Shown piece by piece: positions 11,357 to 23,937 of a stretch of 43,802 bases of DNA. The notes under the pieces were generated by a model. It was not told the origin of the DNA. It worked only from the letters and a program-made list of their open reading frames with translations, and ran no database searches. The translations under genes and the position numbers were made by a program. The DNA comes from Chiloscyllium plagiosum (Eukaryota). Within the stretch, counting starts at the first letter, position 1. Each line of letters begins with the position of its first letter. The stretch is from positions 16,032,902 to 16,076,703 of the forward strand of contig NC_057720.1 in NCBI RefSeq assembly GCF_004010195.1, in the 5' to 3' direction.

Positions 11357-14300
11357 ACACTCACAATTTGCAATATATTATATGACTCATAAACTAGAGC
11401 TTTGTTTTAATTTATTCACCAATTCTTAAAACCAAGTAACTGTGTACAAATTTATTCATTACAAAATTAATGACACTTTGTATGTAAGTTGATTTGCGAC
11501 CATATTCTGCAATGTCTGCCTTTACTAGTCTAAAAGAGGTTTACTGGGTGCCCACAAAACTCAACATCCACACCATTAACACAAGAACTTTCCAATGTAA
11601 TAGAATATGTTTACAATAAGCTTAGCCTCGTATCTTATGCCAGGCAGTGCAAGATTCCCCTATTTTTTGTTTACTTTGAGTATTATTCCATCTGTGGAGT
11701 TTAACCTTTAAACATATAAAGTTATTTAACTGGGCTATTTTAAAATAATTAACAGAAAAACATATATTAACTGCCATCTTAATGAGAATGCTCTTTCACA
11801 TGCTGCATCAAGATAAATAAGTCAAGAAATGGTTCAAAAAGATACATTTAGGATTGGGACATGTGGGATTAGCTTTGCTGAGTTATGGCTAAAACCTGTC
11901 AATATTTTTAAGATAGCAAATGAAGTTTATATTCTAATCAGGTTTGGGTTTTCTATCGGAACTGAATTATAGGTATTTTGTTTATTACATCAAGATACAA
12001 ATCATATTTTCTGTACAATCACATTAGACTGGCTATACTTTTCAATTTCATTTTGGTGAACTGACTTGAAAAGGTTTTGTTACAAGTTTGTACTGTACTT
12101 TGTTGAAGAGGCTGAAAGGGAAAAAAGCCTCCTCGGAAGGATTTGAATTAAACAGTCTTTCACCCTTTTAATATCACACAAGAGATTTTTCTGCACTGAT
12201 TCATTTAATTTAGTGGACACAGCAGTGTGGTCCATTCATTGTGGACTAAACATCTGAAGAGCCTGGTGTGCACCCCTGTTAAAACGTGGGAAGAGAGTAA
12301 AGTTGGATGTGAATTAATTTGATTCTGTACATAATTCTCCTTCAATGGGGTTCTGTGTCCCATTGCAAAGGCATGAAAAGCAGACACCAAGTTTCATTGC
12401 TCAATATTCATCTACATTTTCCCCTCTATGGGCACAATATGCTTGGCTTAATTAACTTTTCTCAAAGGTGAAGCAGTGCGCACCATCTGCTGTGAGACAA
12501 TCACATTTGTATGCCTCTTGGAATAATCCCGTTACTACTAAAAAAGCTATCATAATGTGCTCAAAACAAAAAACTTCCAGATATCATGTCACCAGCAAAA
12601 TGCAACAGAATATTAAATATTTTCACCTCATGTTGGCGAAAGAATTACCACAGAAAAGTGCCAAGTCATGAACAGCTTCGCGCAAAAATATCCAAAAGGC
12701 AACAACTAATTTGAACTTTCCCTCTCTATCAAATTAAAAATTCTGCATGGTTCATTTAAAGCCAAGCTCAAGAACAATTGCTCAGCACAAATATCATCTC
12801 AGTCCATCTTTTCTCCTTTTCCATTAATGGGAAAAGTGAATGCACATGTTATGGATGGGCAACAATCTGTTTCACACCAATATTGAAATATTTTTCAGTC
12901 ATCTCATTTTTAAAAAATTTTTTAATCAAACTTCATCGACCACACAGTGCTATCAAGGGCCTGCTGAACTTGCTCTAAAGCTGGGTCATTATTTGATCTT
13001 TGTGGCTGGTAATCTGATTATCTCTTTGTGGAGGTAAACTTCAGACTCAATCTTGTTAGCAGCTGGCTGGGCTGGATTACTACAGTTACTGAACTGGAAA
13101 ATGAACTGAGCAGCTCGGCTTTGGCCTTGCTCTCTTTGAGCCCAAAGAGATGGTTACTTCAGGGAGTCTACTTTTGGCCGACAGACCTCTGTTTCAGCAA
13201 TCGTTGCATCTCTTCAAAAAATGCACATTGGTCTACAATTTTCTAAGTAGATGCTTTGGATGAATGACCAACTGGAAACAAAAACTGAAATTATGAGTAT
13301 CTAGAGTAATGAAACTGGCTGAGGCAATCGGCCTGTCTGAACGTATATTCAGATCGAACCACATCACTGAGGTATGCAAATACTCTGAAGAGTTGTGTGG
13401 TCCCTACTTAAGGCACTCACAGTTTTGCTTGTGGTCATACAGCAGCCTTGACTGCTTTTACAGTGAATGCGCTGTGCAGTCAAAAGCACAAAAAGTCTCA
13501 AGAAATAGCCTGAAAGAGTTCAAAGGAAATAAAAGAGAATAGGCCTAATCTGGGATTTTTATGTACACTGAAAAGAAGAATAAAATTTAAGTTGGCTAAT
13601 GCAGGCTGTTATGGTAATGTTATCCATATCAAAGCGTGATGGTGCTGCAGAAAGACCGCTGAAATTTTTTTGTGCGCCATATGCAAGTTTAAAAAAAAGG
13701 CGAACAATTTAGTCAGGCGCCAATTTTGTTATATGAACCACTGAATGCTCTTTTTTGACAGACTATTGAGTGAACAAGAGATTCAAAGCGTTTGAATTCG
13801 ATCAGGTTTTCTGCCTGAATAGATCCTAATCACCTCCAAAGTATTGAGCCCTACACTGCAATGGACAACTCCAAAAGCAACTCAAAATAATCAGATTTTC
13901 CCTTTATTAAGACAATATATAATGATGGAGTCATTGATCAAAAAATAAAATGACATTTATATTTTTGCATATTTATCCTTTTAAGCAAACAGAATTGAAA
14001 GATTCCTTTAAGTACTAACCTATTTTGGCATATCCAATAAATTCGCAAAATGCCAGTGAAATGAGCAATTGCAATTTGTAGGATTATTTTGCTTAAGAAA
14101 TTCCAATAGTGTTTTTTGTGTTTTAATATAATGGAAATTCTGGAACATTCTACAGAACATAAATAAAAAGATACTGAGGTCATTTTGAAAATGCATTCCC
14201 ATTTATTTTTCCAGCTCCCATGTCCTTATCTATTGCACCTTCTCATTCATATGGTTTTGGTAGACAGATCAAGGGAGAAACATTTCTATCTTGATAGTAG

Positions 14301-14374
14301 ACTTTCATTGTCCCAGTCGACCCTTATCCCTTGTAATCAACATTATATAAGTTTTAGAAGCATTGGAGTTTTCT

Positions 14375-15110
14375 TTTTCACTCATTTACAGGATGAGGGT
14401 GTCACTAACTGAGCCAGTATTTATTGGCCATACCTAATTGCCCAGAGGACAGTAAGGAGTGACATTGTTGTGAATTACTTGTCAAGTAGAGTCATAATCA
14501 TAGAGTTGTTCAGCACGGAAACAGACACTTCAGTCCAACTCATCCATTCCAAACAGGTATCCTAAATGAATCTTGTCCCAATTGCCATTATTTGGCCAGT
14601 ATCCCTCTAAACCCTTCCTATTCAGTACCCATCCAGATGCATTTTAAATGTTGTAATTGTACCAGCTTTCACTACTTCCTCTGGAAGCTCTATGTCAAAA
14701 GTTGTCCTTTAGGTCTCTTTTATACCTTTCCCCCTCACCTTGAATCTTTGCCCTCCAGTCTAGACTCCCTTACCCTGGGATAAAGATCTTGGCTATTCAT
14801 CCTATCCATGCCTCTTATTATTTTATAAATCTTTATAAAGTCAGCCTCTGACACTCCAGGGAAAATAGCCCCAGCCTATTCAGCCTGTCTCTAAAGTTCA
14901 AACCCTCCAACTCCAGCAATGTACTTGTAAATCTTTTTTGAACCCTTTCAAGGTTAACAACATCTTTTTTTTTATCCTGGGGAGACCAGAACTGAACACT
15001 ATATTCTAAAAGTGGCCTAACCAATGTACAGACCAACCTAGATAATTTTGGCAGATTTCCTTTCTTTAAAGACATTTGTGAACCAAATGTATTTTTTAAT
15101 GACAATTAGT
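14375..15110 (-). mobile_element. SINE family B split by a CR1 insertion (SINE pieces 14375-14470 and 15031-15110)
   Basis: Tail CAGGATGAGGGTGTCACTAACTGAGCCAGTATTTATTG. The body resumes after the CR1 with GGCAGATTTCC...GACATTTGTGAACCAAATG. Confidence 0.65.
14490..15030 (-). mobile_element. CR1 3' fragment
   Basis: ORF 14833-15105 includes LVRPLLEYSVQFWSP..LERVQKRFT..RLGLFSLE. Tail at 14490-14540. Confidence 0.9.
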
Positions 15111-15664
15111 CATTAATAAATGACAATTAATGGGATTACTAGCCCAGTTATTGCGAGGCCCGGCATTAATATTTTTCCAAATCTTCAATCTGTCGTGTAG
15201 ATATTGAATATATTGCAGAATTTTTGCAACATCAGATATGAATAACAACAGCTAAAAATCTCAAATCTATTCTGCTTGAAGGTAATGCAGCTACAGTTCA
15301 TTGAAGCACTTCAACTTCGAAGCCTGCAGTGTTGACAGAAATGAATAAGGTATTTCTTAATTCAGTGTGATACTGGATGTTAGCAATGTTACTAATGTGG
15401 CAACAATAACAATTATTTAATGCCATGATATATTTCATAAATGAATGAAATTTTCAAACATTTAGATGCCAGTTTTCCCTCAAAAGGAAAGGAATTCAAT
15501 AAAACAGCAACTTAGACTTTTATAGCACCTTCATTTAACAAAGCATCACAAGTGATCTCTCTACTGTAGATTGACATAGCAATGTGTGTCAAAGATGAAT
15601 GGCCACCCACACTGAAGGCAAGAACAGGAACAATTCATCTTGGTATTTTATATTTTAATATTAA

Positions 15665-15990
15665 CAATCCAACCTCAACAACCCTCTGCAATTCATAATT
15701 CAATAAATAAGATTCACAGCCTCTGAGAGAAAGAAAAAAAACCTTCCTCATCTCTGCTTTAAGTGGGGTGACCTTTTGCCCTGAGATTATGCCCTCTGAT
15801 CCTGGACTCTCACACAAGGGAAAACAGCATCTCCATATCTACTCAAGTACCCCAATAAGGTCGGCTCTCATACTTCCAAATTCCAATGAATACATACCCA
15901 ATCGACTCAACCTCTTCTCGTCTGATAACCCCACCACACCCAGGATCAACCTAACCAACCTTCTCTGGACTGCCTCGAGCATTCACACCT
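15665..15990 (-). mobile_element. CR1 ORF2 C-terminal fragment
   Basis: Minus-strand LKAEMRKVFF..RVVE and an LEAVQRRLVRLILG-like sequence. Confidence 0.75.
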
Positions 15991-16611
15991 TTTTTTTAAT
16001 TTCAGGTTTTCAGTACCACAGTTTTTCACTTTTACACTAGATTTCAGATGACGTCAACTTCAAATGTCAAGGCAACCAGAAAGAGATTCGTTGGTTTGAA
16101 TTTCACGAACAAGTGAGAGCCACAGACAGACAGATAAAAATGAATTTTTTTTTAAATTTGTGTCACGCCATGTGGAAGAAAATTAATATCGCCAATTGCT
16201 TCAGCATTACTGAACATTTACGAACACAATTCTGAACAGAAATAGTTACCTTAACCAATGGCCGGACAATTTCTGGCAGAACAATATCTGTTTGGAGATA
16301 AATTGAGAAATGTCATACACTCAGCAATGTATATGAAATACTGCAAACTAGAAAAATATAACTTATTGAATACTTAACTGAAATGAATTTCTTTAATTAG
16401 AGTCTAGTACATCAAGATCTGTTCCAGTATTCAGCTTTGTATTGTGTCAAAAGCTGAAGATAAATTGCATTTTTGTGATTCACTAGACATACATTTGTAA
16501 AATGTGAATGAAAGACTTAAATTCAAATCCATTGCAAATGATACTGCTACTTTATAATTAAAAAGGACCAAATGTGTACATAGTTCTGCATCATTCGCCG
16601 TAATGTCTCCA

Positions 16612-16925
16612 AATGTAATACCTCGACATTCACTGAAGACACAGAACTAGTTAGGATTGTGAGAGGTGAGAAGGATGTAAAGAGGCTTCAAAATGATTTA
16701 GACAAGTTGAGCGCCTGGGCAAATGCTTGACAGATGTAATTTAACATGGATAATTGTGAAGTTGTCCACTTTAGTAGGAAGAACAGGAGACAAGAGTATT
16801 ATTTAAGTGATGTTAGTTTGAGAAACATCGATATATAAAGGAACCTGGATGTCCTTGTACAGCAAACACTGAAAATAAAATGCAGGTGCAGTTTGGAAGG
16901 CAAATGGTACGTTGGGCTTTCATTG
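16612..16925 (+). mobile_element. CR1 RT fragment
   Basis: Reads FTEDTELVRIVRGEKDVKRLQNDLDKLSAWANA*QM*FNMDNCEVVHF, a decayed FADD...LQxDLD..W..FN..KC motif. Confidence 0.8.
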
Positions 16926-19884
16926 TTTGAGCACACACTCTGGGTGGGCACATGGTGTCTTGTCTATTAAAGCAAAATTCACCTCATTAGAAATTGAGTG
17001 ATCCAGCCAGACTGATAACCAGTTTGATTAAACAAAGGAAGCTAGTGTAAGTTCAAATATATTAAACGTTCATTTCATCTTGAAATTGCTGCAATCTGGA
17101 CTTCAATTTAATCGACTGTGCTCCCAAACAATTCAATGATGCCTCTTCAGTTTGCAAGCCTAGCCTTAAACTGCCAGTGCACTTTTCCGAAAAGGATCAT
17201 TATCTTGAGTCTTATTGCTGCTGAAAATACAATGAAGGGCATCTGTCCACACAGAAACCTATTTTGAGACTAGAAGTAACGATATCTGTGGATACTCCTA
17301 CTTTCTCCCAAGATAAACAACACAAAATTCATGCTGTGATTTTTCAATAGAAATCAGTAGTATAATTTCAGAAAAATGGGATTTTTTCCCCAGATCTATA
17401 GAAAGTAAATGTGAACTTTAAACACTTTCATTGTCAAGAGGGCTACAGTATGTCCAAATCAAGACTATTGTGACACAATTTCCTCTTAATTGAGATACGA
17501 GAACAGTGGACTGTAGTGGTCAGTGCAAAATATAATCATAGGCTTCGGCACTGCATGTCAATTAAAGTTGTTGCACTTCATTCAAAATCATTTAAAGTTA
17601 AGAGATTAGTCATAACATATAAGAAATATATGTGTACTGTACTACAGAGAACTGAATAATTCTGTCGGGGTGAAAATAATTTCTCTCTGAAAGGCTTGTG
17701 TGTTGAAAAACCTTTCACTGGTGCAGTTCCAGATGGCAAATGCAGTCATGCACTAATCCTGCATTTGTGATCTCTTTCACTGGAAAGTAATGTACCTTTT
17801 TGCAGTCTGAGCCAAACAGTATCATCTTCCAAATTGCAATGTCCTTTCTCTTTCATTTACAGTACTCCTGAATATCTTGAACAACGTATGAATTGCTCCA
17901 TCATTAGTCGCAACACAAAACATGGCACCATTAGCATGATGAGTCAAATAATACTCTTATAGATAGGCAGCCTCAGTGTCACATAATGAACAGAATAACT
18001 GAAAGCACAAGGCAGTCGGATGCTTTTGCGTAATTTAGAAGCTCATCAATTAATTTATCTTGCCTTGAACGTTCAATTTTGCTTTGCTTCCAATAAAAAA
18101 AGATTTGTTCTAAAAGTCAATCTGCCTTCTTTGAACATAAAGGGAGAGCTAAACATCTCAGTGCTCACAGGTTCTTTAAACCACAACCTCAGCTTTGAGA
18201 GAAATAAAAGCTAAATTAATGATGGAGTACAGCTTACAAAGGCATTATTTCTCTCAGGATATCACTAATTTCCTTTCTGTAATGTGATTATGATTCTGGT
18301 GGCAGGAGTCACAGGGAGAAAAGCCTGAAGAGATGCTCATTCCTTCATTATCTTGAGATGGAGATTAATACGATGCATTCACAGACAGAAGCTTTAGCTG
18401 GGTAAAATTGCCAAGCTACTTAATCAGCTTTTACGGGCAAAATAGTATACCATTTTACTGTTACCTTCATGTAACTTATTTAAAATACCAATTCAAACAC
18501 TTTCAGATGTAAGTATTTCATTTTTCTTTTTTTTTGGATGCTGCTATTTAATTATGTCTACCACTGAGCCAACTATTTCCGAATAATAAACCCCCTGTGC
18601 AGAATAACTTCCAGTCTCATTTCATCATATAATTGGATCCATTTAATAAGTGACTACATAATTGGTCATATAGTATGTCCTTAGGATTCTAGCAATTTTA
18701 TTATTCCCTGGCTTCCTCCTTTGCCGTCGTGCTATACATTCTGATCTGACTCAGAATATGAGTCATCCATGACAAAAAAAACTGTTCTTTTCATGTTTTT
18801 TTAGAATTAAGGATTAAAATACAAATGCTCAAAGTGTAGCACCAGTGCTACCAGTTATGTCCATGCTTCAGTGTGAACATTTAGTGAGCATATTGGCAAT
18901 ATGTATCTTGACAGATGGCTTTAACATCATACATACCTTGAATTCATATTTTTTTTAACCTCCTAAAATATAATTAGAGATTAACATCTCAAAAGCTTGA
19001 TTATCATTGTGTCTTTGAAAACTATGGTGTTTGGTTTGCCACAGCCTGTCTCTATAAAGTAACAATATCTCTGCATTGAAAGAAGCAGTGAGTGTCCAGT
19101 TTTCTTACTGCAGACAGCATTTGTTCATACTATTGAGCACCACTGTCATTTTCTGCTGACTATTGCCATTCCAAGTCTCTGGCTAATATTAAAGTGAAGT
19201 AGATTTCTTTGCAGGACTATGGTATAAATGGACAATAACAGATCAGCCCCCTGTCATACATCTCACCTGATTTTTATTTTGATCTTGTATCACCATTGTG
19301 CACTATTGCCCAAAGGTAAAGTGACTCCAAATGACATGAAGTTGTCGTGGCCTCACATTCTGTGACATCACACAAACTTGTCTGTATGGATAAAGGATTA
19401 CTCAAATACTCTGAGCAGAATGCATGTACATTTGACAATATTGGTTCTAATTGTCTCAGTCTGAAAAAATAGCACAAGTTAATAACTTTGAATGTCAAAT
19501 GCTTGTGGTTGAAAGATCATGTTTATAGACCTGAAAAATTGAAGCAGTACATTTCTGGAGCTTTTTTGGTCTGTTTAGAGTCTGGATATTTCACAATAAC
19601 CTGTTTCAATTACTCTCATAAATTAATCCTCCTTCCATGATTCTCGTATGCAATTACAATTGCCCTGATATGTGGAGAAATTCAGCAGCATACCCAGATA
19701 GGAAATGCTTCCTAAGATGGTCAGAGTCACAATACACGAGACTTTGCTTTACGCTATCGAACAACTAAACTTATTAAATGGAAAATGAAGCAAATGGATA
19801 GCACAAAACAGCACGGATGTCCATAAAAACTTCAAAAGGAATTACTCATATGGCAGAAAATAATAACTACCTTTTCATCTATTC

Positions 19885-20478
19885 TTTAATAGGATGTGGG
19901 TTGCACTGCCAAGGCCAGCATTTATTACCCATCACTAATTGTCCTTGAAAAATGGCCTAACAATTTTGGCAGAGAGTGGAGAGCATTCAGTGGTAAATCA
20001 GTTTCTTGTTTGGCCATTTTGAGCAGCATGGTGACACAGCAGTTAGCAAGGTAGTAGGCCAGGTTAGTATCCAAGTTCAATTCCAACCTTGGGTGACTGT
20101 GCAGATTACATGTCATCCTCGTGTCTGCATGGACTTCCTCCAGGTGCTCCGGTTTCTTCCACAGTCCAATGATGTGCAGATCAGGTGGATGAACTGAATG
20201 AGATTGCCCTGTGGTTCCCAGAGATGTGCAGGCTAGGTGGATTAGCCACAGTAAATGTGGGATTACAGAGCTGGGGAGGGCTGGGCTGGACCTGGATGGA
20301 ATGCTTTTCGAAGGGTCGACGCAGACTTGATGGTCCGAATGGCAATATCTGCACTTTAGGGATTCTATGTTTCTATTTCAAAGGGCAACCAGGAGTCAAT
20401 CATATTGCTGCGAATCTAAAGCCACGTGTAAACCAGATCAAGCAAGGATAGCAGATCTCCTAAATGTCATTGATGAAA
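19885..20478 (-). mobile_element. SINE family B split by an HE1 insertion (pieces about 19885-19950 and 20380-20478)
   Basis: Tail AGGATGTGGG...AAGGCCAGCATTTATTACCCATC. The body resumes GGAGTCAATCATATTGCTG...GATAGCAGATCTCC. Confidence 0.6.
20022..20372 (+). mobile_element. HE1-like V-SINE (diverged)
   Basis: GCAGCATGGTGACACAGCAGTTAGC head, AGTTCAATTCC B-box, GGTGCTCCGGTTTCTTCCACAGTCCAA V-domain, CR1-like tail. Confidence 0.85.
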
Positions 20479-20875
20479 CTTAAATGCTGAGCACCAAAGT
20501 TCTACAGAAATGTGGCCTGAAGTAGAATTGATTGAATAGGTGATAAAAAAGATAGCACTAGTTCTATGAGCTGAATGGAATTTTACACATTCAATGGTTT
20601 CATAATTCTAAAACATCAATCATTTCCTGATGCATCCTTGAACAAAAACAATCAGCTGACATGATTCTTCAATACCTCCTGATATTGTGGCCGACTGTCT
20701 CTCTTCGTTTGCTTGGATACCACACCCAACTCCGCACACTCTACCCTATTCCAATTCCAATCCATACCCTCTCAATGTCATTTTGTAGGTCATGAGGGTA
20801 CAATAAAGCCTTTTTATCTTTGGCTTGGCTTATCCAAATAAGAAAAATACACTCTTCAATGTATTTTCCATCAAT

Positions 20876-21035
20876 GCAGGAACTCCTTCCCAAACAGACC
20901 TGTGGGTGCACCTATGCCACATAGACTGCAACGATTCAAGACGGCAGCTCAGTACCACCCTCTCAGGGACAATTAGGGCGATGAGCAACAAATGCTGGCC
21001 TTGCCAGGGACTCCCACATCCAATGAACCAATAAT
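20876..21035 (+). mobile_element. CR1/L2-group LINE 3' end (candidate partner of SINE family B)
   Basis: Encodes NSFPNRPVGAPMPHRLQRFKTAAQYHPLRDN*, followed by GGCGATGAGCAACAAATGCTGGCCTTGCCAGGGACTCCCACATCCAATGAA. Confidence 0.75.
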
Positions 21036-21841
21036 TGGAATAATTGCAGCAACTTTGGATGCCAGCGACACATTTTGTTCCCTGAGTGACTATGGCAACG
21101 AAGGGAGAGGGAAGGCGAGAAGCCTGGCCAATTGATTGAGGAAGTCAGCGGGAGGGATTTGAAAAAGAAAACATATAATTTTATTACGTTTTTAGCTGGC
21201 CATAGTTGCTGTTACAGGAGCTGTACAGGCTTCAAGTCCTGCACTTTATATTCTCTGGAAGAACTCGCCTGCAACATGTACTTTACTCCAGGTTTGGGAA
21301 ATCGAGCAGGGTTCTGTGGTGTGTTTTATAACAGGTAGAAGTCCCGCCAAATGAAGGAATTACAATGAATTGGAATCTAGATTATCAAAAGATGCAGAAC
21401 CGAGACATTGCAGCCAAATTTGGTCTCCAATGTGCAGCCAAAATGAATTCTATTTGAGGAGTGAAAACTTCATCAATCTTTGTGAAAGGCAACGGGATGG
21501 TCCACACACAATTTTCTGATATATTCTCAGAGCATGTAGGACATGAAGCACACCCAAGAAACTGTTTTATGAATGTTGACAGAGAGTAAATATAGAAATG
21601 TTTTCATAAAAAATATGATCTTGCACAAGTAACTGGCTTGATGTTACTTGTGGCCCATTATCCAGAATCTTGTTTTGGTCTAATGTTAGCAATCAGCATG
21701 TAAGCTGTCATGAACTGCTGTCCTCTGAAATATTCATTTCTTACCCCCAACATTATTAATACCAGCAATGGGTTTTCCATTGTGTTTGGAAGAAGGAAGA
21801 GGCTCTACAGAGAGATGTAGGGAACTGGAATGTAGATTGGT

Positions 21842-21958
21842 GCACGCATATACACAGGAGCACGCACGCACACACACACACATACGTACACACACGTACA
21901 CACACACACATACGTACACACACGTACACACACAGATACACACACACACACACACACC
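21842..21958. repeat. Imperfect (CA)n microsatellite
   Basis: CA repeats with CG/TA interruptions. Confidence 0.95.
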
Positions 21959-22154
21959 TGCAGACAAATGAGAAACACCTTCATTTAAGCAAATGTTGAG
22001 AAACTGTTACAACCAAGTGCGAAAGAGATTATTTAAGTACTGGGATTTGTTTCATTTATTCCTGGGATATGGGCTTCTCTGGGTCAGTCACTAGCTATTG
22101 CCCAGAATGCATTTAAGAGTCAATCACATTGCTGTGGGACTGAAGTTACAAGTG

Positions 22155-22343
22155 TCAAGAGTGTGGTGCTGGAAAAGCACAGCAGGTCAGGCAGCAACCA
22201 AAAATCAAAAATAAGGCCTGATAAAGGGTTTTCGCCTGAAATGTTGATTTTCCTGTTCCTCGGATGTTGCCTGACCTGCTGTACTTTTCCAGCACCACAC
22301 TCTTGTCTCTAAACTCCAGCTTCTGCGGTACTCACTTTCGCCT
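22155..22343 (+). mobile_element. Fold-back PLE mini-element with degenerate hammerhead
   Basis: Inverted arms CAAGAGTGTGGTGCTGGAAAAG / CTTTTCCAGCACCACACTCTTG. TSD TGAAG(T/G)TACAAGTG at 22141-22154 and 22344-22357. Confidence 0.85.
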
Positions 22344-22546
22344 TGAAGGTACAAGTGGATCAGCCAAAGTAAAAATGGTACATTTCCTTTGGGGAAGAAC
22401 ACTGGTAAAGCTTATGAGTTCTTAATGACAATCAACAGTGGTTGTTGTTAAGCTGGTTGGTTTTATTCGCTTCTTTTAAAACCATTCATTAAGACCAGCT
22501 TTGAGCTGATGTTCCCAGATGATTAGTTTGGGTTTCTGGATTATTA

Positions 22547-22752
22547 AGGAGAAAGTGAGGTCTGCAGATGCTGGAGATCAAAGTTGAAACTTTATTGCTG
22601 GAACAGCACAGCAGGTCAGGCAGCATCCAGGGAACAGGAGATTCGACGTTTCGGGCACAGGCCTGAAGAAGGGCCTGTGCCCGAAACGTCGAATCTCCTG
22701 TTCCCTGGATGCTGCCTGACCTGCTGTGCTGTTCCAGCAATAAAGTTTCAAC
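22547..22752. mobile_element. Fold-back PLE mini-element, near-perfect palindrome with hammerhead motif at 22663-22690 (+)
   Basis: About 84-bp inverted arms. Centre CTGAAGA-A-GGGC-CTGT-GCCC-GAAAC-GTC. Perfect TSD TTTCTGGATTATTA at 22533-22546 and 22753-22766; the TTT could belong to the arm. Confidence 0.92.
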
Positions 22753-22844
22753 TTTCTGGATTATTAGTCCAAACATGTTACCATGACAGAACTGCATCCA
22801 CTATCAAATACAAGATTAAGGTTACAGTTTACCAGGCTGCAGTC

Positions 22845-23462
22845 TGTGACAATACTATGACTTTAAGAGGTATATTTTGTTCTGTTCTTCTTTATGAAGA
22901 GAGGTTGAGATAGAGGTACTGAGCAGTCTGTGCCAAGCCAATCGAGTAAATTGTTTGTGAGGCCTTGGGGTTTTCTTTTAAGTTTGGAACAATAGAAGCA
23001 GCCCGAATGGGTGGAGTTGGACTCTCACAGAACCTGGGTTTTCGTTTAGCTTTCAGTCGTTGTTCGGGTTTTGAAGCTGGTTGTGGAAGCTGCTACACCT
23101 CTCTCTCTGTTACGGCTAAAGCCTTGGGTTCTCTCCATGCTGCCAGAATAGTGTATGGGACAATCTGTTTTCCTGACATTGTCTTTGCCAAGGGTGTTTA
23201 TGGGATGTTACTGTATTGGAACAGTTACTGTTTAGTAATTAAGTAATCTGTGACTCTGTTAAGTTTTCCAATAGAATGAAGTTATTCCAATTCTTCCTTC
23301 TTCTGTTTATATTTTAACCATAGGTAAGAGTCAAGTGTGCTTTGCTTAAAGCCAAGTAGTGTAGCCAATCAAATTACATCTGGAACACAGCACCTTACAC
23401 TTGCCTTTAAATAAGTAAAAGCTAGGGCTTCATTTATTTCCTCGATATATTTGAAAGTGATT
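22845..23462 (+). mobile_element. Probable 5' LTR of the Gypsy element, 3' end lost at a Penelope insertion
   Basis: Starts TGTGAC, is non-coding, and lies immediately upstream of the Gypsy gag. No partner LTR in the window. Confidence 0.55.
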
Positions 23463-23797
23463 TGGATGCAGGTTTGCTCACTGAGCTATAAGGTTCATTT
23501 CCAGACATTCTGTCATCCTTCTAGGTAACATCTTCAGTGGGTCTGCGAAGCACTGCTGATAATTCCTGCTTTCTATCTATGTGTTTGGGCTTCTTTTGGT
23601 TGGTGGTGACATTTCCTGTGGTGATGTCATTTCCTGTGGTGTAGTCACTTCCTGTTCTTTTCCTCAGGTATTTGTTGATAGAGTTCCAGTTGAAATGCCA
23701 TGCTTCTAGGAATTCTCGTGCGTGTCCTTGTTTGGCTTGTCCTAGGATGGATGTGTTGTCCCAGTTGAAGCGGTGTCCTTCCTCATCTGTATGTAAG
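23463..23797 (-). mobile_element. Penelope-like element 3' fragment: GIY-YIG endonuclease C-terminus and pLTR with decayed hammerhead (23503-23539)
   Basis: ORF 23521-23829 reads HTDEEGHRFNWDNTSILGQAKQGHAREFLEAW..NSINK. Minus strand CTGAAGA-TGTTACCTAGAAGGATGACA-GAATGTC. Confidence 0.85.
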
Positions 23798-23937
23798 AAA
23801 TACATATTGGAAGTTCTCGTTGGGACCAAAATCTCTAACTCCTATTTGGGTTTAGGACTCAAAACCAGTGAGTGGTGAGTGTATGTGTTTTCAGGTGTTG
23901 CATTCGGTTAGCCTAAACAGAGTGTGCCTTGTGTAGT

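Larger units (their letters stand above)
22050..22800 (-). mobile_element. SINE family B hosting two PLE palindromes
   Basis: Tail at 22050-22110, body at 22110-22154 and 22344-22546, head at 22753-22800. The pieces rejoin across the two TSDs. Confidence 0.7.

Noticed and set aside
19267..19460. Possible minus-strand exon with good acceptor and GTGAGA donor
   Set aside because: Stops in all three frames and no recognisable peptide; a non-coding exon cannot be supported from sequence alone.
21734..21971. VC- and HT-repeat ORFs
   Set aside because: Translations of the CA microsatellite.
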